From: Alphaproteobacteria bacterium
Lineage (GTDB): Bacteria; Pseudomonadota; Alphaproteobacteria; SHNJ01
Direction: 5' to 3'
NCBI GenBank assembly: GCA_004295055.1
Contig: SHNJ01000031.1
Coordinates: 170,898 to 234,897 of the forward strand
Length of the DNA: 64,000 nucleotides
Numbering within the stretch: position 1 is the first letter of the stretch; each line of letters starts with the position of its first letter. A program made the position numbers and the translations under genes. Shown one piece after another: positions 30,619 through 40,927 of this stretch. The notes under the pieces were generated by a model. The model was not told the origin of the DNA and searched no databases. It saw nothing but the letters and a program-made list of their open reading frames with translations.

Positions 30619-33051
30619 ATGACCGAATCCAGCCGTAATCAGATAATCCCAGTTTTGCCGTTGCGCGATATTGTGGTGTTTCCGCATATGATCGTGCCGC
30701 TTTTCGTAGGCCGGGTAAAATCCGTTCGGGCGCTGGAAGAAGTCATGTTGGATGACAAGCAAATTCTGCTCGCAACCCAAATCAATAAAGACCAAGACGA
30801 TCCAAAAACCGACGAGATTTACAAAATCGGCACCGTGGGCACAATTCTGCAAATGCTGAAATTGCCGGATGAAACCGTAAAGGTTTTGGTCGAAGGCGTT
30901 TACCGGGCGAAAATTATCGAATACATCGATCATCCAAATTATTACCAAGCCAAGATCGAACCGATCAAAGACGAAATTCCGGATCAGAACGAAACCGAGG
31001 CTTTGGCGCGCGCGGTATCGACGCAGTTTGAAAATTACGTCAAGCTGAACAAAAAAATTCCACCGGAAGTATTGGTTTCGATCAACCAAATCGAAGGCGC
31101 CAGCAAATTGGCCGATTCGATCGCATCTCACTTGCCGGTTAAAAACGCCGAAACGCAATTCGGCCTGAAAATCGCTGAAAAGCAAGAATTGCTGGAAACC
31201 ATGGATGTTTCCAAGCGTCTGGAAAAAGTATTCGCGTACATGGAAGCCGAAATCGGCGTTCTGCAAATGGACAAAAAAATCCGCAGCCGGGTCAAAAAGC
31301 AAATGGAAAAAACCCAGCGCGAGTATTATTTGAACGAACAATTGAAGGCAATTCAAAAAGAATTGGGCGAATCCGAAGACGGTACCAACGAGATTCAGGA
31401 ACTGGAGACACGGATCAAGAAAACGCGCCTGTCCAAAGAAGCGCGCGAAAAATGCGGCGCCGAATTGAAAAAGCTGAAAACCATGTCGCCAATGTCCGCC
31501 GAAGCGACCGTGGTGCGCAATTATTTGGACTGGATGCTGTCGATTCCATGGAAAAAACCATCGCGCATTAAATCGGATCTTAAAGACGCAAAATCGATTC
31601 TGGATTCCGATCATTATGGCTTGGAAAAAGTCAAAGAACGCATTGTCGAACATTTGGCGGTGCAAACCCGCACCAAAAAAATCCGCGGTCCAATCTTGTG
31701 CCTCGTCGGCCCTCCTGGCGTTGGTAAAACCTCGCTGGGCAAATCGATTGCCAAGGCCACAGGCCGGAACTTTGTCCGTATGTCGCTTGGCGGCGTGCGG
31801 GATGAAGCCGAAGTACGCGGTCACCGCAGAACCTATATCGGATCCATGCCCGGCAAAGTGATTCAGGGCATGAAAAAAGCCAAATCGTCCAACCCATTAT
31901 TCTTGCTCGATGAAATCGACAAAATGGGATCGGATTGGCGCGGCGATCCGGCGGCTGCCTTGCTCGAAGTTCTGGATCCAGAACAAAACAGCACTTTTGC
32001 GGATCATTATCTGGAAGTCGATTATGATTTGTCGGATGTTATGTTCGTTACCACCGCCAATACGCTGCGTATGTCGCAGCCGTTGCTGGATCGGATGGAG
32101 ATCATCCGCATTCCGGGCTATACCGAACAGGAAAAAATCGAAATCGCGCGCCGTCACTTGCTACCCAAGGCAATTAAAGAAAATGGGTTAAAGGACGACG
32201 AATTCAAAGTTCAAGACTCGGCGCTTACCGATTTGATCCGTTATTACACCCGCGAGGCTGGCGTGCGGAACCTGGAACGCGAAATCATGACCCTGGCCCG
32301 TAAATCGGTCAAAGAAATCATGATCGAAGGCGTCAAAAAGGTGGATGTCAGCAGCAAGAATTTAGAAAAATTCGCTGGCGTGCGCAAATTCCGCTATGGC
32401 GAGGTTGAAACCGAAGACCAAGTCGGCGTGACGACCGGCCTTGCCTGGACCGAAGTTGGCGGCGATTTATTGTCGATCGAAGCCGTCGTGGTTCCCGGCA
32501 AGGGCAAAATGCAAATCACCGGCAAATTGGGCGATGTGATGCAGGAATCGGTGCAAGCCGCAGCCTCGTTCGTTCGTTCCAAAGCGCTTTCTTATGGCAT
32601 CAAACCGCCTTTGTTTGAAAAACGCGATATTCATATTCACGTTCCCGAAGGCGCCACGCCGAAAGACGGCCCATCGGCCGGTATCGCGATGTGCACATCG
32701 ATCGTATCGGTGTTATCCGGTATTCCGGTGCGCAAAGATATCGCCATGACTGGCGAGATCACATTGCGTGGCCGCGTGTTGGGCATCGGTGGTCTGAAAG
32801 AAAAATTACTGGCGGCGCATCGTGGCGGCATTAAAACCGTCTTGATTCCCCAGGAAAATGAAAAAGATCTTGCGGATATTCCGGACAACGTCAAAAAGTC
32901 GCTGGAAATTATTCCAGTGTCCATTGCCGACGAAGTTTTGAAACATGCCTTGATCCGTCAACCCGTTGCTATCGAATGGCCGGAAGACGTGATTGAACCC
33001 ACCACGGCCAAAAAAGATGGCCCGGCGGATGATGGCGTAACCGCGCATTAA
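30619..33051 (+). CDS. lon: Lon protease
   Basis: [48 protein letters not shown]. Confidence 0.99.
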   Translation: MTESSRNQIIPVLPLRDIVVFPHMIVPLFVGRVKSVRALEEVMLDDKQILLATQINKDQDDPKTDEIYKIGTVGTILQMLKLPDETVKVLVEGVYRAKIIEYIDHPNYYQAKIEPIKDEIPDQNETEALARAVSTQFENYVKLNKKIPPEVLVSINQIEGASKLADSIASHLPVKNAETQFGLKIAEKQELLETMDVSKRLEKVFAYMEAEIGVLQMDKKIRSRVKKQMEKTQREYYLNEQLKAIQKELGESEDGTNEIQELETRIKKTRLSKEAREKCGAELKKLKTMSPMSAEATVVRNYLDWMLSIPWKKPSRIKSDLKDAKSILDSDHYGLEKVKERIVEHLAVQTRTKKIRGPILCLVGPPGVGKTSLGKSIAKATGRNFVRMSLGGVRDEAEVRGHRRTYIGSMPGKVIQGMKKAKSSNPLFLLDEIDKMGSDWRGDPAAALLEVLDPEQNSTFADHYLEVDYDLSDVMFVTTANTLRMSQPLLDRMEIIRIPGYTEQEKIEIARRHLLPKAIKENGLKDDEFKVQDSALTDLIRYYTREAGVRNLEREIMTLARKSVKEIMIEGVKKVDVSSKNLEKFAGVRKFRYGEVETEDQVGVTTGLAWTEVGGDLLSIEAVVVPGKGKMQITGKLGDVMQESVQAAASFVRSKALSYGIKPPLFEKRDIHIHVPEGATPKDGPSAGIAMCTSIVSVLSGIPVRKDIAMTGEITLRGRVLGIGGLKEKLLAAHRGGIKTVLIPQENEKDLADIPDNVKKSLEIIPVSIADEVLKHALIRQPVAIEWPEDVIEPTTAKKDGPADDGVTAH

Positions 33052-33069
33052 CAAAATTCACGGACAAGG

Positions 33070-33115
33070 ATTAAGCGTATTTTTGCATTTGCAATCATAC
33101 GCTTAATTGCTTTTT
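33070..33115 (+). terminator. Stem-loop after lon, probable terminator
   Basis: ATTAAGCGTAT / ATACGCTTAAT 11-bp arms followed by TGCTTTTT. Confidence 0.5.
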
Positions 33116-33195
33116 ACCCCTCGAAAACCCCAATATTTCCAGCATTTTTATCCACCGAAAAGCAGGAAAGCCCTATAAAATCAGCATTTGTGGAC

Positions 33196-33224
33196 TTGAC
33201 CGGTTTTTAAATAGGGCCTTTAAT
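33196..33224 (+). promoter_or_regulatory. Sigma70-type promoter for hup (TTGACC-N17-TTTAAT)
   Basis: Motifs at 33196-33201 and 33219-33224. Confidence 0.5.
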
Positions 33225-33343
33225 TTCATGTAACGCTGGTTTTTATGGGATTTCCGAACGCTTCCTAAACCGAGCCGTTTGCGAGAACCCCTGACTTCCA
33301 GGCCTTTTAAGCACTCGCAACCCTAACCTCCACGAGGACTATC

Positions 33344-33616
33344 ATGAATAAAGGTGAATTTATCGAAGCCGTGTCGAAGAAATCCGGCCTGTCAAAAGCC
33401 CAATGCCAGAAATTCTGGGAAGTGTGCAGCGACGTGATTACCAAAGCGCTGAAAAGCAACGATGATGTCAACTTGACCCCATTCGGCAAGTTTTACATCA
33501 CCAAACGCGCCGCAACCACCGGCCGCAACCCACGCACCGGCCAAACCATCCAAATCAAAGCTCGCAAACAGCCAAAATTCAAATCCGGCAAAGGTTTGAA
33601 AGATGCTGTTGCCTAA
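33344..33616 (+). CDS. hup: Histone-like DNA-binding protein HU
   Basis: MNKGEFIEAV...PFGKF...GRNPRTG...PKFKSGKGLKDAV; canonical position after lon. Confidence 0.95.
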   Translation: MNKGEFIEAVSKKSGLSKAQCQKFWEVCSDVITKALKSNDDVNLTPFGKFYITKRAATTGRNPRTGQTIQIKARKQPKFKSGKGLKDAVA

Positions 33617-33640
33617 TCGTTAAAGGCATGCGAAATTCCA

Positions 33641-33668
33641 AAGGCCGGTCCAATGACCGGCCTTTTTT
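33641..33668 (+). terminator. Intrinsic terminator after hup
   Basis: AAGGCCGGTC-CAAT-GACCGGCCTT followed by a T-run. Confidence 0.85.
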
Positions 33669-33684
33669 CATGTTAGGCAGGATT

Positions 33685-34713
33685 ATGCAGTACGACGTCG
33701 TTGGAATTTGCAAAGCGTATACCGATGAATGGGTGCGGGTTTCTGATGCCGATTTATCCAGGCTTGGCCTAACTAAATGCGGTTCCCGCCCCGCGAACAT
33801 CGATGAGATCGAGCGTATTCTCGCTTCGCTTCCCCCGGGCCGGAAGATTGCAGGCGGGCCTGTGGCCAATACGATTGCGGGGATCGCCAATCTTGGCGGC
33901 TGGGGGGCGTTTATCGGCAAATATGGCGACGATGCGCGCGGCCGGATATTTCAAGACGATTACCGTCAACGCAATGTGTTCATGGACAAAAACAAAACGG
34001 TCATCAAGGGGGGCGATACGGCCTGTTGCTTGGTGCTGGTCACGCCGGATGGCGAGCGATCCTTTATCACCAATCAAGGCGTATCGATGGACCTTGGTGT
34101 AAACGATATGCCCGCAGGGCTGCTATCTAGCGGCCAATTTGTGTTTTTCGGTCTGCCGTTTTGGCATGAATCCCATTTACCGGTCTTGCGCCATGCCGCC
34201 CGTCTTGCGCGGCAGGCACGCAAAGTCATCAACCTGCAATCCTATGATCCATCGATCCGGTCCGCCGATTTTACCCGCGCTTTACTGGCCGAAGTCGATA
34301 TCGTTATCGGTAATCGCACCGAATTTCAAGCTTTGTCGAATAATTTAGGTTTCGCCGACAGTGCCGAATTGCATGCCAAATGGCCACACACTATTACTTG
34401 GTGTGAAACAAGCGGTGGCGATGGCGTTCATATTCGCGGGGTGGAAGTACATTTTATTCCGACGACACCCGTGGCAACAGTTACGGACACCACCGGGGCG
34501 GGGGATGCATTCGCGGCCGGATTGTTATATGGCATGGCGCGCAATTGGGGTTGGAAAAAATCCGCTTTGCTGGGTCATCGCTGCGCAACCGATATTATCG
34601 TCACCGAAGGCGCAAGGCCAATCAGGCCTTGGAAGAATTTTGTGGCGGTGGAGAATGATGGTGGTGGAGGTGGTGTCCCACGCGAACTTCTAAGAAAGGA
34701 TGAGGGGCGGTAA
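33685..34713 (+). CDS. PfkB/adenosine kinase-like carbohydrate kinase
   Basis: AGGPVANT, AFIGKYGDD, LVLVTPDGERS, DTTGAGDAFAAG; ATG 33685 lies past the hup terminator. Confidence 0.88.
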   Translation: MQYDVVGICKAYTDEWVRVSDADLSRLGLTKCGSRPANIDEIERILASLPPGRKIAGGPVANTIAGIANLGGWGAFIGKYGDDARGRIFQDDYRQRNVFMDKNKTVIKGGDTACCLVLVTPDGERSFITNQGVSMDLGVNDMPAGLLSSGQFVFFGLPFWHESHLPVLRHAARLARQARKVINLQSYDPSIRSADFTRALLAEVDIVIGNRTEFQALSNNLGFADSAELHAKWPHTITWCETSGGDGVHIRGVEVHFIPTTPVATVTDTTGAGDAFAAGLLYGMARNWGWKKSALLGHRCATDIIVTEGARPIRPWKNFVAVENDGGGGGVPRELLRKDEGR

Positions 34714-34758
34714 TAAAAGGGGCGTGGCTTGCCTAGTTGTAGCACGAGGTGCTTTAGT

Positions 34759-34809
34759 CCGCCTTCGCCCTAAAGGGCTTCGGCGCGACAGTCTTCGCTG
34801 CGTGAAGAC
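34759..34809. repeat. Solo REP-like element, family B, abutting the tRNA-Val CCA
   Basis: CCGCCTTCGCCCTAAAGGGCTTCGGCGCGACAGTCTTC...GAAGAC; 34778-34791 matches the reverse complement of 25794-25807 at 13/14 nt. Confidence 0.7.
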
Positions 34810-34885
34810 TGGTGGGCGCTGACGGGATCGAACCGCCGACCCTCTCGGTGTAAACGAGATGCTCTCCCAGCTGAGCTAAGCGCCC
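34810..34885 (-). tRNA. tRNA-Val (anticodon TAC)
   Basis: Reverse complement GGGCGCTTAGCTCAGCTGGGAGAGCA-TCTCG TT TAC AC CGAGA-GGGTCGGCGGTTCGATCCCGTCAGCGCCCACCA; 76 nt; upstream TTGATT-N17-TAATAA. Confidence 0.97.
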
Positions 34886-35016
34886 TTATCCAAAGGGAGT
34901 TGCTTTATTAAAGCAAAAGCCATTCAAAATCAAGCGGGATAATCACTATAGTTTCACGCCTAAATCAAAGGGTTAAAGAGTTTCCTTTTTGTTCTATTCG
35001 GCCTATATTATGGGCC

Positions 35017-36333
35017 ATGGCCAAACCCCAATCCAAAACCTTGTTTTCTGCAAAATCGGCGCAAACAACGCCGCTGGCAGACCAATTGCGCCCGCAACGG
35101 CTGGAAGACATCGTCGGCCAAAATCATATATTGGGGCCGGATGGCACGCTGACCAAAATTTTGAGTGCCGGCAAATTGCCATCGATCATTTTCTGGGGTC
35201 CGCCCGGGTGCGGCAAAACCACCATCGCGCGGCTGATCGCGGAAAAAGCCAATTTATATTTCGAACAATTATCGGCAGTGTTTTCCGGCGTCGCGGATTT
35301 GAAAAAAGTGTTCGAAGCCGCGCGGGCGAGGGCACAAGACGGCATGGGAACCTTGCTGTTCGTCGACGAGATTCACCGTTTCAACCGCAGTCAGCAAGAT
35401 TCATTTCTGCCTTATGTCGAAGATGGCACGATTACATTGCTGGGCGCGACCACGGAGAATCCATCGTTTGAATTGAACGCCGCGTTATTGTCGCGTTGTC
35501 AGGTGCTGGTTTTAAACGCCTTAACGCCGGAAGATTTGGAAACGCTGTTGCAGCGCGCGGAAAAATATTTGAATAAAAAATTGCCGCTGGATGAAAATGC
35601 GCGGGAATTATTGGTGCAGATGGCGGATGGGGACGGGCGATATATTTTGAATATGGCGGAACAATTATTCGGCCAGAACCCAAAACAACCGATGGACAAA
35701 GCGGCGTTGACGCAATTCTTGCAAAAACGCGCGCCATTATATGATAAGGACCGCGAAGGCCATTATAATTTAATCAGCGCCTTGCATAAATCGCTACGCG
35801 GATCGGATGTGGATGCGGCCTTATACTGGTTGGCGCGGATGTTGACTGCGGGCGAAGATCCGCATTATGTACTGCGCCGGATGACGCGTTTTGCATCCGA
35901 GGATATCGGTATCGCCGATCCAAATGCGCTAACCCAATGTATCGCAGCATGGGAAACATTTGATCGTTTGGGATCGCCCGAAGGTGAACTCGCGATTGTG
36001 CAGGCGACAATTTATTTGGCCACGGCGCCGAAATCCAATGCCGCTTATATTGCGCAAGGGGCCGCCTGGCGCGCGGCGCGGCAAACCGGATCTGCTATGC
36101 CGCCCAAACATATTCTGAACGCGCCGACTAAATTGATGCAGGAAATCGGTTACGGCAAAGGGTATGAATATGACCATGATGCCGAACAAGGTTTTTCCGG
36201 CCAGAATTATTTTCCCGATACCATGCACCGTGAACAATTTTATCAGCCCAAAGGTTTGGGGTATGAAAAAACCATCAAAGAACGCATCGATTATTGGGCC
36301 GATTTACGCCGGAAAAAAGCCGTAAGCTCTTAA
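35017..36333 (+). CDS. rarA: Replication-associated recombination protein A (RarA/MgsA)
   Basis: PLADQLRP, WGPPGCGKTT, DEIHRF, GATTENPSF, ISALHKSLRGSD, ASEDIG. Confidence 0.96.
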   Translation: MAKPQSKTLFSAKSAQTTPLADQLRPQRLEDIVGQNHILGPDGTLTKILSAGKLPSIIFWGPPGCGKTTIARLIAEKANLYFEQLSAVFSGVADLKKVFEAARARAQDGMGTLLFVDEIHRFNRSQQDSFLPYVEDGTITLLGATTENPSFELNAALLSRCQVLVLNALTPEDLETLLQRAEKYLNKKLPLDENARELLVQMADGDGRYILNMAEQLFGQNPKQPMDKAALTQFLQKRAPLYDKDREGHYNLISALHKSLRGSDVDAALYWLARMLTAGEDPHYVLRRMTRFASEDIGIADPNALTQCIAAWETFDRLGSPEGELAIVQATIYLATAPKSNAAYIAQGAAWRAARQTGSAMPPKHILNAPTKLMQEIGYGKGYEYDHDAEQGFSGQNYFPDTMHREQFYQPKGLGYEKTIKERIDYWADLRRKKAVSS

Positions 36334-36375
36334 AAACCCAGGAAATAAAGGGTTTTTTGTCGCGCAATACGTATA

Positions 36376-36404
36376 TTGACATTACAGGCAATAATGATTA
36401 ATAA
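36376..36404 (+). promoter_or_regulatory. Promoter of tRNA-Asp (TTGACA-N17-TAATAA)
   Basis: Motifs at 36376-36381 and 36399-36404; same -10 variant as the tRNA-Val promoter. Confidence 0.6.
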
Positions 36405-36419
36405 GGTGCTCCCTTAAAC

Positions 36420-36496
36420 GGGGGTGTAGTTCAGTTGGTTAGAACGCCTGCCTGTCACGCAGGAGGTCGCGGGTTCGAGTCCCGTCGCTCCCGCCA
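36420..36496 (+). tRNA. tRNA-Asp (anticodon GTC)
   Basis: GGGGGTGTAGTTCAGTTGGTTAGAACG-CCTGC CT GTC AC GCAGG-AGGTCGCGGGTTCGAGTCCCGTCGCTCCCGCCA; 77 nt. Confidence 0.97.
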
Positions 36497-36899
36497 TTAT
36501 TTAAGCCGCTATGTGACAACGGTTTTTTGCTCTTCATAAAAATTTCTCCAGTTAATAATTACGTTAATAGCGTGACTTTCGGCGGGACTTTTCAATCTTT
36601 TTTGATCGAGCGTTTGTAGAAATACGTTTGAGACAGTCGTCGGTGTATTAGTTATATTATTAGGGCAACTGCTACTTTATCTTTATTGTTATCACTGCGG
36701 CTATATATCATATACTTATGAACTATATTCAGAAGCTAATAAGATACTTACAATTTAGAATAAGCTTTGCACAGCTGTTAACATTAGCGGTGTAAATTCT
36801 TAATTTTCCTTGCCCGGATGCAGGGTTTGGCGCATATTTGCGCTACATAAGAATCATTCTAATTTATTCCTACAGGGTTTTTCCAAGGGGTTCGTTTAC

Positions 36900-37265
36900 G
36901 TGACCGACTATTTGGTAGATTATTATCCTATTATGATTTTCCTCGGCATTGCCGTGGGTCTATCCGCCGTCATCTTAATTGCCTCGTTTTTTGTTGCGCC
37001 GCACAAGCCGGATTCGGAAAAAGTTTCCGTTTATGAATGCGGATTCGAGGCATTCGACAATGCCCGTCATAAATTCGATGTGCGGTTTTACTTGGTATCG
37101 TTGTTATTCATTATCTTCGATCTCGAGGTCGCGTTTTTATTTCCCTGGGCGATTACGTTCAAGGAAATTGGCTGGTTCGGATTTTGGTCGATGATGGTCT
37201 TCTTAGGCATTTTGACCGTTGGATTTATTTACGAATGGAAAAAAGGGGCGTTGGAATGGGAATAA
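36900..37265 (+). CDS. nuoA: NADH-quinone oxidoreductase subunit A
   Basis: [47 protein letters not shown]; GTG start 36900. Confidence 0.97.
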   Translation: MTDYLVDYYPIMIFLGIAVGLSAVILIASFFVAPHKPDSEKVSVYECGFEAFDNARHKFDVRFYLVSLLFIIFDLEVAFLFPWAITFKEIGWFGFWSMMVFLGILTVGFIYEWKKGALEWE

Positions 37266-37813
37266 ACAATCGCGATGTGATGATCGGCGGCGGTTTGACC
37301 CAGGCCGATATTCAAAAAGATCAAGCCGAGGCGCAATTCATCAGCCAAGAATATAACGACAAGGGTTTTGTCGTTACGCAGCTCGATAAATTGGTACGCT
37401 GGGCGCGGGCAGGATCGTTATGGCCAATGACATTCGGTTTGGCGTGCTGCGCGGTGGAGATGATGCAAACCGCGGCATCACGTTATGATTTGGATCGGTT
37501 TGGCGTTGTGTTTCGCCCATCGCCGCGCCAATCGGACGTGATGATTGTGGCCGGAACATTGACCAACAAAATGGCGCCGGCATTGCGCAAGGTTTACGAT
37601 CAAATGGCGGAACCGCGCTGGGTTATTTCGATGGGTTCCTGCGCCAATGGCGGCGGTTATTACCATTATTCCTATTCGGTGGTGCGTGGATGCGATCGGA
37701 TCGTTCCCGTGGATATTTACGTGCCTGGCTGCCCACCAACGGCCGAAGCATTGTTGTACGGCATTCTGCAATTGCAGAAAAAAATCAACCGCCGCAGTTT
37801 GATCGCGGCGTAG
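37256..37813 (+). CDS. nuoB: NADH-quinone oxidoreductase subunit B
   Basis: [39 protein letters not shown]; ATG 37256. Confidence 0.98.
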   Translation: MGINNRDVMIGGGLTQADIQKDQAEAQFISQEYNDKGFVVTQLDKLVRWARAGSLWPMTFGLACCAVEMMQTAASRYDLDRFGVVFRPSPRQSDVMIVAGTLTNKMAPALRKVYDQMAEPRWVISMGSCANGGGYYHYSYSVVRGCDRIVPVDIYVPGCPPTAEALLYGILQLQKKINRRSLIAA

Positions 37814-37823
37814 GCAGGCAAAT

Positions 37824-38465
37824 ATGGCTCTGGCAAATTTAGAAACATATGTAACCGGAAAACTAAGCAACCATATCAATGCCAGCAAAATTGCCTATGG
37901 CGAATTGACGTTGGATGTAAAACGCGAATCGATTATCGATGTGCTGACATTTTTGCGCGATGATGCGGAATGTCAGTTCCAAATGTTGTGCGATTTATGC
38001 GGCGCCGATTTTCCTGGCCGCGCCGACCGGTTTGAAGTGATTTATAATTTATTGTCGGTTACCAAAAACGAACGTATCCGCGTGCGCCTTCAGACCGATG
38101 AAACAACACCCGTGCCATCGATTGTTGGCGTATACAGCGCCGCTGGATGGTTTGAACGCGAAGCGTGGGATTTATACGGTATTTTATTTGCGGGCAATCC
38201 CGATCTGCGCCGCTTGTTGACCGATTACGGTTTCGAAGGCCATCCGTTGCGCAAGGATTTCCCACTAACCGGTTTTGTGGAGGTGCGTTATGACACCGAA
38301 CAAAAACGCGTTGTTTATGAACCGGTAAAACTGGCGCAAGATTTCCGCAATTTCGATTATTTATCGCCATGGGAAGGGCTTGATAAATTGCTGCCTGGCG
38401 ATGAAAAGGCCGGCATCGTGCATCAACCGATTGCTAGCAATGGCAAAAGAAAGGTGGGTTCATAA
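37824..38465 (+). CDS. nuoC: NADH-quinone oxidoreductase subunit C
   Basis: [48 protein letters not shown]. Confidence 0.98.
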   Translation: MALANLETYVTGKLSNHINASKIAYGELTLDVKRESIIDVLTFLRDDAECQFQMLCDLCGADFPGRADRFEVIYNLLSVTKNERIRVRLQTDETTPVPSIVGVYSAAGWFEREAWDLYGILFAGNPDLRRLLTDYGFEGHPLRKDFPLTGFVEVRYDTEQKRVVYEPVKLAQDFRNFDYLSPWEGLDKLLPGDEKAGIVHQPIASNGKRKVGS

Positions 38466-38899
38466 TGTTTGAATTTTTCACCCGGTTTTTTAAACCCAGA
38501 CGCCCAAAGCCTGTAACGGTACAGCTAGAAACATTTGTTGATCACCGACCGGGATTGAGTCACGGAGAATTGGCAACGATTGCGGCACAATTGGAACCAT
38601 TAAGATTGCAGCATAAGATTCCTGATATTTGTGGCATGGCCCCCGGTTATCGCAACCAAAGACCCTCTGTTGTATTATCCATTCCAAGAAATTTAGCTAG
38701 ACCGGATGACATAAGGGCTTTTCGTCTTGCCGCGCAAGATGCCATAAAGCATACAGGTCTGGCGGTATTTGTGGAGTACGACACAGTTGGCACGACCGAA
38801 GCTATTAATAGAAAAGCGGTTATAACGTCGGTAACATTGCCGCAGGTAGTAACCGCCCTCGTTGCTTCTGGAAACACCGGAAAGGTTAGGGTCGCATAA
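38465..38899 (+). CDS. Hypothetical protein inserted in the nuo operon (ORF-a)
   Basis: 144 aa; TAATG overlaps at both ends; no family recognised. Confidence 0.75.
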   Translation: MFEFFTRFFKPRRPKPVTVQLETFVDHRPGLSHGELATIAAQLEPLRLQHKIPDICGMAPGYRNQRPSVVLSIPRNLARPDDIRAFRLAAQDAIKHTGLAVFVEYDTVGTTEAINRKAVITSVTLPQVVTALVASGNTGKVRVA

Positions 38900-39237
38900 T
38901 GTCTATTCATATTGGCACAGAACAAAGAATTGCTGCCGCGATTATGGAACGGAAAGGTCAGCCAGGAACTATTTTTGCCAATGTTCAATTTGCGGAAGGC
39001 ATCGCGTTGAGTTGCAAAGGTTTTGTAAAAGTAGATATTGATGAAGGATTGGGGCTTGGAGCAGAACAAGTTGTACAGATGGCTCGTGACATAGGCGTTG
39101 CTATAAAGGAAGCTTTTTTAGGCGACTCTGCAATTGAAGGAATTTGTAACAGTGGCAACATAATAGTAGTGCCGCAAGAGTCAGCCGCAGCCACTATCGC
39201 CCGGGCACAAAGATTTAGTATGGAGCGTGCCGCCTAA
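38899..39237 (+). CDS. Hypothetical protein inserted in the nuo operon (ORF-b)
   Basis: 112 aa; TAATG overlaps at both ends; no family recognised. Confidence 0.75.
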   Translation: MSIHIGTEQRIAAAIMERKGQPGTIFANVQFAEGIALSCKGFVKVDIDEGLGLGAEQVVQMARDIGVAIKEAFLGDSAIEGICNSGNIIVVPQESAAATIARAQRFSMERAA

Positions 39238-40454
39238 TGACCGTTCATATCGAAACAAAAACCAAAACCAATCCGGGCGAGGCGCCGAGTTCTGAAAATT
39301 TCACCATGAATTTCGGCCCGCAACATCCGGCCGCGCACGGCGTATTGCGTTTGGTGCTCGAAATGGATGGCGAGGTGATTGAACGCGCCGATCCGCATAT
39401 CGGTTTGCTGCACCGCGGTACCGAAAAACTGATCGAATATAAAACCTATTTACAGGTCGTACCGTATTTCGACCGTTTGGATTATGTCGCGCCGATGAAT
39501 CAGGAACACGCCTTTGCATTGGCGGTTGAAAAATTGCTGGGTATCACGCCGCCAAAACGCGCGCAATATATCCGCGTGCTGTATTCCGAAATTGGCCGGA
39601 TCTTGAACCATTTGTTGAATATCACTACGTTTGCCATCGATGTTGGCGCGATGACGCCGTTATTGTGGGCGTTCGAAGAACGCGAAACCTTGATGGAATT
39701 TTATGAACGCGTTTCCGGCGCGCGCCTGCATGCGGCGTATTTCCGTCCAGGCGGCGTGCATCAGGATTTACCGGCCGGATTGGTCGAAGACATGTATCAA
39801 TTCATCGATCATTTTCCGAAAATTATCGACGATATTGAAGGTCTTTTGACCAACAACCGCATTTTCAAACAGCGCACCGTGGATATTGGCGTTATCACCG
39901 CCAAACAGGCGTTGGATTGGGGCCTGTCCGGTCCGATGCTGCGCGGATCGAACACGCCGTGGGATTTGCGTAAATCGCAACCATACGATGTCTATGCCGA
40001 TATGGCATTCGATATTCCAACCGGTAAAACCGGCGATTGCTATGCGCGGTATTTGGTGCGAATCGAAGAAATGCGCCAAAGCTTGCGCATTATGAAACAG
40101 TGTTTAGATAAAATGCCGGGCGGTCCGATCAAAGTGAACGATCATAAAATCGCCCCGCCAACGCGCGGCGATATGAAACGCAGCATGGAAGCGTTGATTC
40201 ACCATTTCAAATTATATACCGAGGGCTATCATGTTCCCGCCGGTGAAACTTATTCCGTCGTCGAAGCGCCAAAGGGCGAGTTCGGCGTTTATTTAATTTC
40301 CGATGGCACTAATCGTCCATATCGTTGCAAAATTCGCGCGCCGGGATTCGCATTCCTGCAGGCGCTGGATTTTATGTCGCGTGGGCATATGTTGGCCGAC
40401 GTAGTAGCGATTATCGGTTCCATGGATATCGTGTTTGGGGAGATTGATCGATGA
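39237..40454 (+). CDS. nuoD: NADH-quinone oxidoreductase subunit D
   Basis: [46 protein letters not shown]. Confidence 0.99.
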   Translation: MTVHIETKTKTNPGEAPSSENFTMNFGPQHPAAHGVLRLVLEMDGEVIERADPHIGLLHRGTEKLIEYKTYLQVVPYFDRLDYVAPMNQEHAFALAVEKLLGITPPKRAQYIRVLYSEIGRILNHLLNITTFAIDVGAMTPLLWAFEERETLMEFYERVSGARLHAAYFRPGGVHQDLPAGLVEDMYQFIDHFPKIIDDIEGLLTNNRIFKQRTVDIGVITAKQALDWGLSGPMLRGSNTPWDLRKSQPYDVYADMAFDIPTGKTGDCYARYLVRIEEMRQSLRIMKQCLDKMPGGPIKVNDHKIAPPTRGDMKRSMEALIHHFKLYTEGYHVPAGETYSVVEAPKGEFGVYLISDGTNRPYRCKIRAPGFAFLQALDFMSRGHMLADVVAIIGSMDIVFGEIDR

Positions 40455-40927
40455 GTGCGGAATTGGTGCTCAAACACGAAAGAGCGATCATGGACCTGTT
40501 CAAGCTTGGCTTGTTTGGTATGGACCGGGAAAATTTTAATGAGGCTAAATTGCCCGGGGTGCTGGATGCGGGATTCTATCAGGATTGTCGTGTGCTGGCG
40601 CTGTATTTGCATGCTTATAATTATATGGCCCCTCCTGGTGGGACGAAGGCACTTTTGGGCGGTACTGCTTGCGAACTGGCAAGCTTGAATGCAGCGGAGT
40701 TTGAACGGATGGTTATTGAATGCGGCGACCGGTTTTTACGCGAACGTGTGCCAGGCGATGTACGCCTGTTCATAAGGGCCATGGCCAACGATCTGTTCTT
40801 TCACGATCTGGCCAAATATTTTGTGATGTATAATCCACGTCTTGCCGAAATCCACAATGATATTGGGGCCAACAGCGCCGGTAATGGCGTGGCCCAGGCG
40901 GTGATGATCGAGGGGAATGTACGATGA
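40451..40927 (+). CDS. Hypothetical protein inserted in the nuo operon (ORF-c)
   Basis: 158 aa; ATGA overlaps at both ends; no family recognised. Confidence 0.75.
   Translation: MSAELVLKHERAIMDLFKLGLFGMDRENFNEAKLPGVLDAGFYQDCRVLALYLHAYNYMAPPGGTKALLGGTACELASLNAAEFERMVIECGDRFLRERVPGDVRLFIRAMANDLFFHDLAKYFVMYNPRLAEIHNDIGANSAGNGVAQAVMIEGNVR

Noticed and set aside
30616-31824. 402-aa ORF antisense to lon (likewise 1138-1722, 16321-16923, 29764-30465, 60558-61196 and many shorter ones)
   Set aside because: Fully overlap well-supported genes on the other strand or frame and have no recognisable motifs; typical shadow ORFs.
33628-33684. Longer N-terminus for the PfkB kinase
   Set aside because: It would run through the hup terminator; homology begins at MQYDVVG (33685).
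34662-34669. TGGTGGAG, resembling the reverse complement of a tRNA/tmRNA 3' end (possible att scar)
   Set aside because: No T-arm sequence follows and it lies in-frame in Gly codons of the PfkB gene; chance match.
36552-36567. Possible CtrA box upstream of nuoA
   Set aside because: Spacing is TTAA-N8-TTAA rather than the required N7.
36606-36760. Hydrophobic open frame in the AT-rich spacer between tRNA-Asp and nuoA
   Set aside because: No in-frame start codon after the upstream stop; AT-rich DNA readily gives hydrophobic translations.
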